Assembly (NCBI GenBank): GCA_041739785.1
Contig: JBGSNE010000106.1
Coordinates: 29,649-93,648, forward strand
Direction of reading: 5' to 3'
Length of the DNA stretch: 64,000 bases
Source: Pirellulaceae bacterium
Lineage (GTDB): Bacteria > Planctomycetota > Planctomycetia > Pirellulales > Pirellulaceae
This document shows positions 58,848 through 64,000 of this stretch, one piece after another. Every line of letters begins with the position of its first letter. Position 1 is the stretch's first letter. The notes beneath the pieces are model-generated. The model was not told the origin of the DNA. It did no database searches and saw nothing but the letters and a program-made list of their open reading frames with translations. Both the position numbers and the translations under genes were made by a program.

Positions 58848-60788
58848 TTACGGCGTAGCGGAATCCGCTTCCACAGCCTTGTCAGACTCCGCGCCGTCTC
58901 CCTTCTCTCTATTTTCCTTCTCGCGAATCTCTTTTTCCTTTTGCTTTTCCTTTCTTTCGCGAGCCACTTCCTCGGTCATCACTGCGAGCGCTTGTTCGGA
59001 AGCGTAGCGAATTGCTTCCAACTGCTCCACTTTTGCGCGTTCGGCGGCTTGACGCTCGGCTTCAAGCTTTTCTTCGGCTGCGCGCCGCTCAGCAGCCAAA
59101 CGTTCTGCCTCGATCCGTTCCGCTTCTTCGATCTTCAGTCGTTCAATTACGCCCAGATGAATTTGAGCCATTGATTCGTCCCCGACAGCTCGATATTCCG
59201 CTGCGGCCCGCTCGTGAAAGTCGGAGCGACGACGATCGAGTTCAATTGCCGTCTCGATGGCCGTGATCGCTTCTTTGTGGCGATCAAGTCTGGATAGCAC
59301 GTGACTGAGCGTATCGTAGTAGTCGGCCTTAGGTTGTTGCTTGGATTCGGTCACTGCGAGTGTCGCGTAACCAAGCGCTTCTTCAAACCGTTCTGGATGA
59401 AGTTCCGCCAGGCAATAGGCCAAGTTGTTGAGATATTCGGCCGAATTGGGTAAGCGGCCGATGATTTGCTCCAAGTGGGGGATGGCCAATTCAAGTTCTT
59501 TGCGGATCAAGCGCATTTCGGCTAGGCACGCATGGGTAACTGCGGTAGCAGTTCCTTCAGCAAGTTTCGATTTGAGGTGTTCGATCATTTCTTCGCTGGG
59601 AGTTGGGCCCTGCATCCTGGCCAACTTGGCCACTTCTTCGGCCACATACGGATTGGTTGGATCCTCTCGCATGGCCATTTCGAGAAACTGCAGATTGACA
59701 GTGAGCTTATCTTTAGCCAGGGACTGACTTTGGCCGTATCGCATTAAATAGACTTGCGACAGAGCGCGAGTTATCTCGGGTGTCCGCTCGGCAAGGGGAA
59801 CTTCGCGGAGCACTTCCTCACAGCGGTCAAAATTTCCTGCCATAGCGTAGGTTTGAGCTAATCTTAAACGCGTGTTAACGTCCTTTGAATCGCCGGCCAA
59901 CACCGATTTCAAATACTGTTCCGCCTTGGGCCACGCATGTTCGAATTGGCGTTGGTCCCCACACATTTGTGCGCGTTGCGCTAGCGGAAAATTGTCATCC
60001 GGATGGCGCTCGGCCGAATTGGACAGTAGTGCCAGCGACTTGTCGCGCTCGCCGTCAAGCCAGAATAGATCACTGCCGGCTTGTAGCACCGCCTGGGGAC
60101 AGCGATTCCATCGGCGGGCTTCCCAGATGTGGTGCTTGAGCCGTCGTTTCAGCTCTTCAAACGCCGCCTGCGAGGTTTTGGTCATTTCCACCAGTAGCAA
60201 CCGCGCCACCAAAGTATGCGCCGGAGCGTAACCCTGAGCATTGTCGGGCGCAACCTTCGCCAGCATCGTCTGCGCCTGATCGACGGCCCCGCGCTGCGCA
60301 AGGGTGGCGGCGATGACAAACTGACTCCGTTCGCTGGGCATCAGAAGTTGTACACGGCGAAACAATGTTTCCGCAAACCGCGAAACGGGAGTGGTCTTGT
60401 CTGGATCCTCTTTTTCAGTGGCCGAGTTTTCTTCGGATCGACCATTGGCAGAGTCCGACTGCGTTTCGGAGCTACCATCGCTGGGTAGGCTAGTTTCCTG
60501 TGCGGTGCTTGCTCCGTTCGCCTCGACCTGACCGATCGTCTGCGCTGATACAGCCTGCGGAGCCCAAGCTTGCTCCCACTCCGCGATCTCCTCGTTCCCT
60601 AAGTCCAAATACCATTGCGCCAAATGATTGCGGTCACGCCAATTCCCTGAGGCTGTTGCCAAGGCGATGCCCCCTAAGAGAAACAAGGGCAACCAACACA
60701 GCAAGGCGCGTGACCATTCACGAGTAATAATCCAATCGTAAACGAAGCCAGCTAGTGACACTAACCAACGTGTTGGATCCCATTGCAT
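58848..60788 (-). CDS. Membrane-anchored tetratricopeptide repeat protein
   Basis: N-terminal TM, LAEMRL, YLNNLAYCLA, YYDTLSHV TPR-like helices, charged coiled-coil tail. Confidence 0.8.
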   Translation of the reverse strand: MQWDPTRWLVSLAGFVYDWIITREWSRALLCWLPLFLLGGIALATASGNWRDRNHLAQWYLDLGNEEIAEWEQAWAPQAVSAQTIGQVEANGASTAQETSLPSDGSSETQSDSANGRSEENSATEKEDPDKTTPVSRFAETLFRRVQLLMPSERSQFVIAATLAQRGAVDQAQTMLAKVAPDNAQGYAPAHTLVARLLLVEMTKTSQAAFEELKRRLKHHIWEARRWNRCPQAVLQAGSDLFWLDGERDKSLALLSNSAERHPDDNFPLAQRAQMCGDQRQFEHAWPKAEQYLKSVLAGDSKDVNTRLRLAQTYAMAGNFDRCEEVLREVPLAERTPEITRALSQVYLMRYGQSQSLAKDKLTVNLQFLEMAMREDPTNPYVAEEVAKLARMQGPTPSEEMIEHLKSKLAEGTATAVTHACLAEMRLIRKELELAIPHLEQIIGRLPNSAEYLNNLAYCLAELHPERFEEALGYATLAVTESKQQPKADYYDTLSHVLSRLDRHKEAITAIETAIELDRRRSDFHERAAAEYRAVGDESMAQIHLGVIERLKIEEAERIEAERLAAERRAAEEKLEAERQAAERAKVEQLEAIRYASEQALAVMTEEVARERKEKQKEKEIREKENREKGDGAESDKAVEADSATP

Positions 60789-61096
60789 GGATAAACTCGC
60801 AATCTATGTCTCTTGGGTCGGGCAATTCAGTCCGACGGTAATTCGTGTTACGGCCCACGACGAGGCTCACACCGCAGTGGTGGCGCACCGAAGTGGGTTG
60901 CATTCGTGGCACTTTTGGGGCAACCTTCGACTATCTATAATAATAGTCTGTCCGTTGGATTCTCGCATCACCCGCACCCAGCGCGTGCGATCTGGTGGAA
61001 TGGAATGCTCCAGGTCAATTGTTCGTTATAGCCAGAATAATCATAACCCGACGCGTGGGTTATTCCCAAGAAACGCACCACAAGGCCAGGTAGTCG

Positions 61097-61729
61097 ATGA
61101 GCGAGCGAGATCTGCGAGAGCAAATAGTGCAGCAGGGGAAATCCCTTTTTGAGCGACGTTATACCAGCGGGAGTTCAGGGAATATCAGCGTCAAGCTCCC
61201 TGACGGAATACTGATTACGCCCACCAATTCGTCACTGGGTAGGCTCGACGCAGATGCAATTTCGAAAGTCGATTGGGATGGAAATCATTTGGCCGGTGAT
61301 AAGCCGTCGAAGGAAGCCTTCTTGCACTTGAGCATGTATCGCATGCGTCCACAGGAAGCCTCCGTGGTGCATCTGCATTCGACTTGGTCTGTGGCTGTCT
61401 CTTGTTTGGCAGACATTGATCCGCAGAACGCGCTTCCCGCGATTACCGCTTATTACGTCATGCGCGTCGGTCAATTGCCGTTGGTCGAATACTATCCGCC
61501 TGGAGACCAAACTTTGGCCGCAGCCGTGGAGCGTTTGGCTGCCACCTCCCATAGCTTGCTGCTCGCCAATCACGGACCAGTGGTAGCTGGAAAGAGTCTC
61601 GACGCAGCGGTAAATTCTATTGAGGAGTTGGAGGAAACTGCTAGGTTGTACTTATTGCTCCGCGACCTCCCCACTCGATTCCTCACCGACGCCCAATGCC
61701 AGCAGCTCCGCGAGCTGTATCCACACTAG
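61097..61729 (+). CDS. otnC: Class II aldolase, 3-oxo-tetronate 4-phosphate decarboxylase-like
   Basis: SGSSGNISV, ITPTNSSLG, PSKEAFLH, VHLHST, TAYYVMRVG, LLANHGPVV, IEELEETA. Confidence 0.85.
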   Translation: MSERDLREQIVQQGKSLFERRYTSGSSGNISVKLPDGILITPTNSSLGRLDADAISKVDWDGNHLAGDKPSKEAFLHLSMYRMRPQEASVVHLHSTWSVAVSCLADIDPQNALPAITAYYVMRVGQLPLVEYYPPGDQTLAAAVERLAATSHSLLLANHGPVVAGKSLDAAVNSIEELEETARLYLLLRDLPTRFLTDAQCQQLRELYPH

Positions 61730-61840
61730 TGCACTGCGTTTAGATGATACCAAGTGATCCTCGCCTGACGGCTGCGGGTTGAGTTACCGTTCAACTTACC
61801 TCCAGGCTCGGGCGCTGCCGTCGCCTGCGCAGGCTGTGAC

Positions 61841-63196
61841 TTATTCTTCGGGATCCTCAGTTTTGTGCCGTGACTTTCGCGATTGGCCAATAGAACTTGG
61901 ATTAATAGCCTGCTTCGGCTCGGCGTTAAACGAATTCCGTTCCTGGGAAATTGAAGGTTGGGCCGGTTCATAGAGTCGACTGAGTCGAAACTTCTTGAGT
62001 TGTTCGTAGATGGCTTCGGGGCCGACGAACAGGCCTTCGTCGAGATCGTCGTCGGCCGCGTAGCAAACTCCCACAAGTCGTCCACGAGCGTCAAATAATC
62101 CACCTCCGCTGCGCCCTTGAATGGGAGCCCCCGCGATCTCGACATTGGAAGTCCCAAGATAGCGATTGAGTCTGGTGATGACCGTGTCTCGACGCGACGG
62201 ATCGGCGCCAAGGTCGCACCCGATGCTGTACACGGGATCGCGTTCGTGAAGTGTTTGCCCCTTGGACAGGATGGGGACCTTGTTCAGCGGTGTCTCGGCA
62301 CGAAATCTGATCAGCGCCAAATCGAGCCCCGCGTGACGCACATCAACGACACTGGCTGGTAACTTGAAGATTTTCCCTTGCTGAAACAGTTCAACGGTGA
62401 CAGGCGCCCGATCATCTTGCTCGCGGAACAAATGACCGCAAGTGAGCACCAGCGCTTCGTCGGCGAAAGTGTGAATGATCGTCCCTGTCCCAACCGATTT
62501 GTTGTCCCCATAGTCGACTTGAATGCGGACAGTGGCGGCCATGCTCTCAGGGGACGCAGGCAGTGGGTTGGCACCCTTGAGTAGCGGATGTGTGCTAACC
62601 GACGGCAGATGTGGGGAAAGGCTCGGCCGGTTTAGCAGGCCTCCAGCTTCGACGCGGTCGGGAGCAGGTTGGGGGTGTGGATGCTGGTAGAGCGAATAGA
62701 ACGGATGGTTGATACCAATGCGCGAACGTTGGACATCTCCCGCTGATTCATCGATACGATTGCGTTGATCGTATCCAGCCGACGCTCGAGATCTGCTTAG
62801 TGGGTGGTTGGGGCCGATGAGTGAATTGGGGTTGGGAGCAGCAGCACGTTCTCGGGAACTGGGACGCGGCTTGGAGGGGCTGGAGGGCCGATCACGTCCG
62901 ACCAATCGCTGGCGTAGCTCCGCATCGGGTCGACTACCCACAATGCGATCGACCTCGCGACCACTTTCAAGCACGATCAGTGTTGGCAGTTGCTGAATGC
63001 CAAATCGTTCCGCCGCAAAGCGATCTTGCTCAGCATCGATAAAGCGGATGGACCGCCCTTCGGCTTGAAGCTGCTCCATGGCCGGCTGTATTTGCCGACA
63101 TGCGGGACAAGCGGCCGAACTGAAATAGATGATCGTCCGCTCAGCAGCTTCCCCCACAACAGCAAACAACGCGAGTAGACAGACCCAAACGGTCAT
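61841..63196 (-). CDS. Secreted thioredoxin-domain + trypsin-like serine protease
   Basis: Signal peptide; FSSAACPAC...LPT Trx fold; Pro/Ser linker; LTCGHLF, LDLALI, GRSGGGLF triad. Confidence 0.88.
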   Translation of the reverse strand: MTVWVCLLALFAVVGEAAERTIIYFSSAACPACRQIQPAMEQLQAEGRSIRFIDAEQDRFAAERFGIQQLPTLIVLESGREVDRIVGSRPDAELRQRLVGRDRPSSPSKPRPSSRERAAAPNPNSLIGPNHPLSRSRASAGYDQRNRIDESAGDVQRSRIGINHPFYSLYQHPHPQPAPDRVEAGGLLNRPSLSPHLPSVSTHPLLKGANPLPASPESMAATVRIQVDYGDNKSVGTGTIIHTFADEALVLTCGHLFREQDDRAPVTVELFQQGKIFKLPASVVDVRHAGLDLALIRFRAETPLNKVPILSKGQTLHERDPVYSIGCDLGADPSRRDTVITRLNRYLGTSNVEIAGAPIQGRSGGGLFDARGRLVGVCYAADDDLDEGLFVGPEAIYEQLKKFRLSRLYEPAQPSISQERNSFNAEPKQAINPSSIGQSRKSRHKTEDPEE

Positions 63197-63369
63197 GATC
63201 GAAGGCTCCCAACGTAATCGACGAGTAATAACTACTCCCAGTGTCGGTGGTTCTTGTAAAAAGCACAAGCGTTGGGGAAGTCGGGGCGTGCTTTTTGCCC
63301 GATTCACATCGAGCCTACGTTTTCAAACACTTCTGGATTGCGGGGAATTGATTTGCGCAGTAAGTGTTT

Positions 63370-63525
63370 AACCCGGATTATTCATGACCTTGTGAACCTC
63401 AGGCGCTAGCCGTGGGCCTTAACTAAGTTGGAGCCCACGGCTAGCGCCTGAGGTTCACAATTTGGCCGGTTTACCAAGTGAGTGCCCTTGGGCTCACGCC
63501 CCTCGGCTAATGAATAATCCGGGTT
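63370..63525. repeat. Nested inverted repeats (family C REPIN inside a 16-bp outer inverted repeat)
   Basis: aacccggattattcat / atgaataatccgggtt enclosing ttgtgaacctcaggcgctagccgtggg / cccacggctagcgcctgaggttcacaa. Confidence 0.92.
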
Positions 63526-63614
63526 TAACGACGAAGCAACTGTCTGCTAACGCCTTGGTCAGACGCACCGGTGGGTCCTTGGCGACGGCTTCGGTGGGCG
63601 ATCAGCCAAGACGA

Positions 63615-64000
63615 CTAAACAAATTTAACGATTACCACAGTGATATCGTCCTGCTGCACTTGACGCCCAGCAAATACTTCGGCGGCTTTAATCAATTCGG
63701 TCGTGATGTTGACCGCGGATTGTTGGCGGAACGTGTTGACTGTCGATAGCAATCGCGCTTCACCAAACATTTCTTCACGCTCGTTGCGAGCTTCGAGGAT
63801 ACCATCGGTCACTAGAATCAAGATATCGCCCGGCTCAACGTCGGCCAACTGGCAGGCAGCAATGGTCAGGTCGGGTAGGATTCCCAGCGGCGGACATTGG
63901 GCTTCTAAAAGTTGACTGCTGCCGTCCTTTTTCAGCAGGTGAGCTACATGACCTGCTCCTGCAAATTCCAACGTTTGTGTGGACGCATCGTAGCAAGCAG
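63615..64000 (-). CDS. PP2C/SpoIIE-family phosphatase, 5'-partial
   Basis: LEFAGAGH, PPLG, LVTDGILEA, MFGEARL, DDITVV; frame open to the right edge. Confidence 0.92.
   Translation of the reverse strand, partial: ACYDASTQTLEFAGAGHVAHLLKKDGSSQLLEAQCPPLGILPDLTIAACQLADVEPGDILILVTDGILEARNEREEMFGEARLLSTVNTFRQQSAVNITTELIKAAEVFAGRQVQQDDITVVIVKFV

Noticed and set aside
1-64000. rRNA, tRNA, tmRNA, cas or other defence genes
   Set aside because: No recognisable cloverleaf, rRNA conserved block or defence-protein motif was found by eye

Overview
Planctomycete DNA, most likely Pirellulaceae (DUF1549/DUF1553 cytochrome-c protein, DUF1559 pilin-like gene, three ECF sigma/Ser-Thr kinase pairs, Tat-exported Gfo/Idh/MocA enzymes). 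About 40 CDS; no rRNA, tRNA or CRISPR found. Layout: (1) 1-31 kb signalling and accessory region: hybrid histidine kinase, GH5, three ECF-STK modules, two HUH/Y1 (RAYT-like) transposase loci, comM, DHH phosphoesterase. (2) 32.7-38.7 kb minus-strand five-gene run: three secreted proteins built from 1, 4 and 2 copies of a GxW...WxR beta-barrel-like repeat, a di-heme cytochrome c, and a PQQ dehydrogenase with the lanthanide-type D-x-D motif; the last three genes are joined by ATGA overlaps. (3) 39.9-50.3 kb sugar/glycoside catabolic cluster. (4) 50-64 kb mixed housekeeping, including a TrhO-rhodanese/RluA fusion next to folE. Intergenic DNA carries at least seven REP/REPIN-like families. Several short decayed fragments of unrelated genes (halogenase, RF3, sulfatase, lipoprotein, choice-of-anchor-Q, integrase) sit next to these motifs, mostly just 3' of them. 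All assignments come from reading motifs by eye; no database searches were run.
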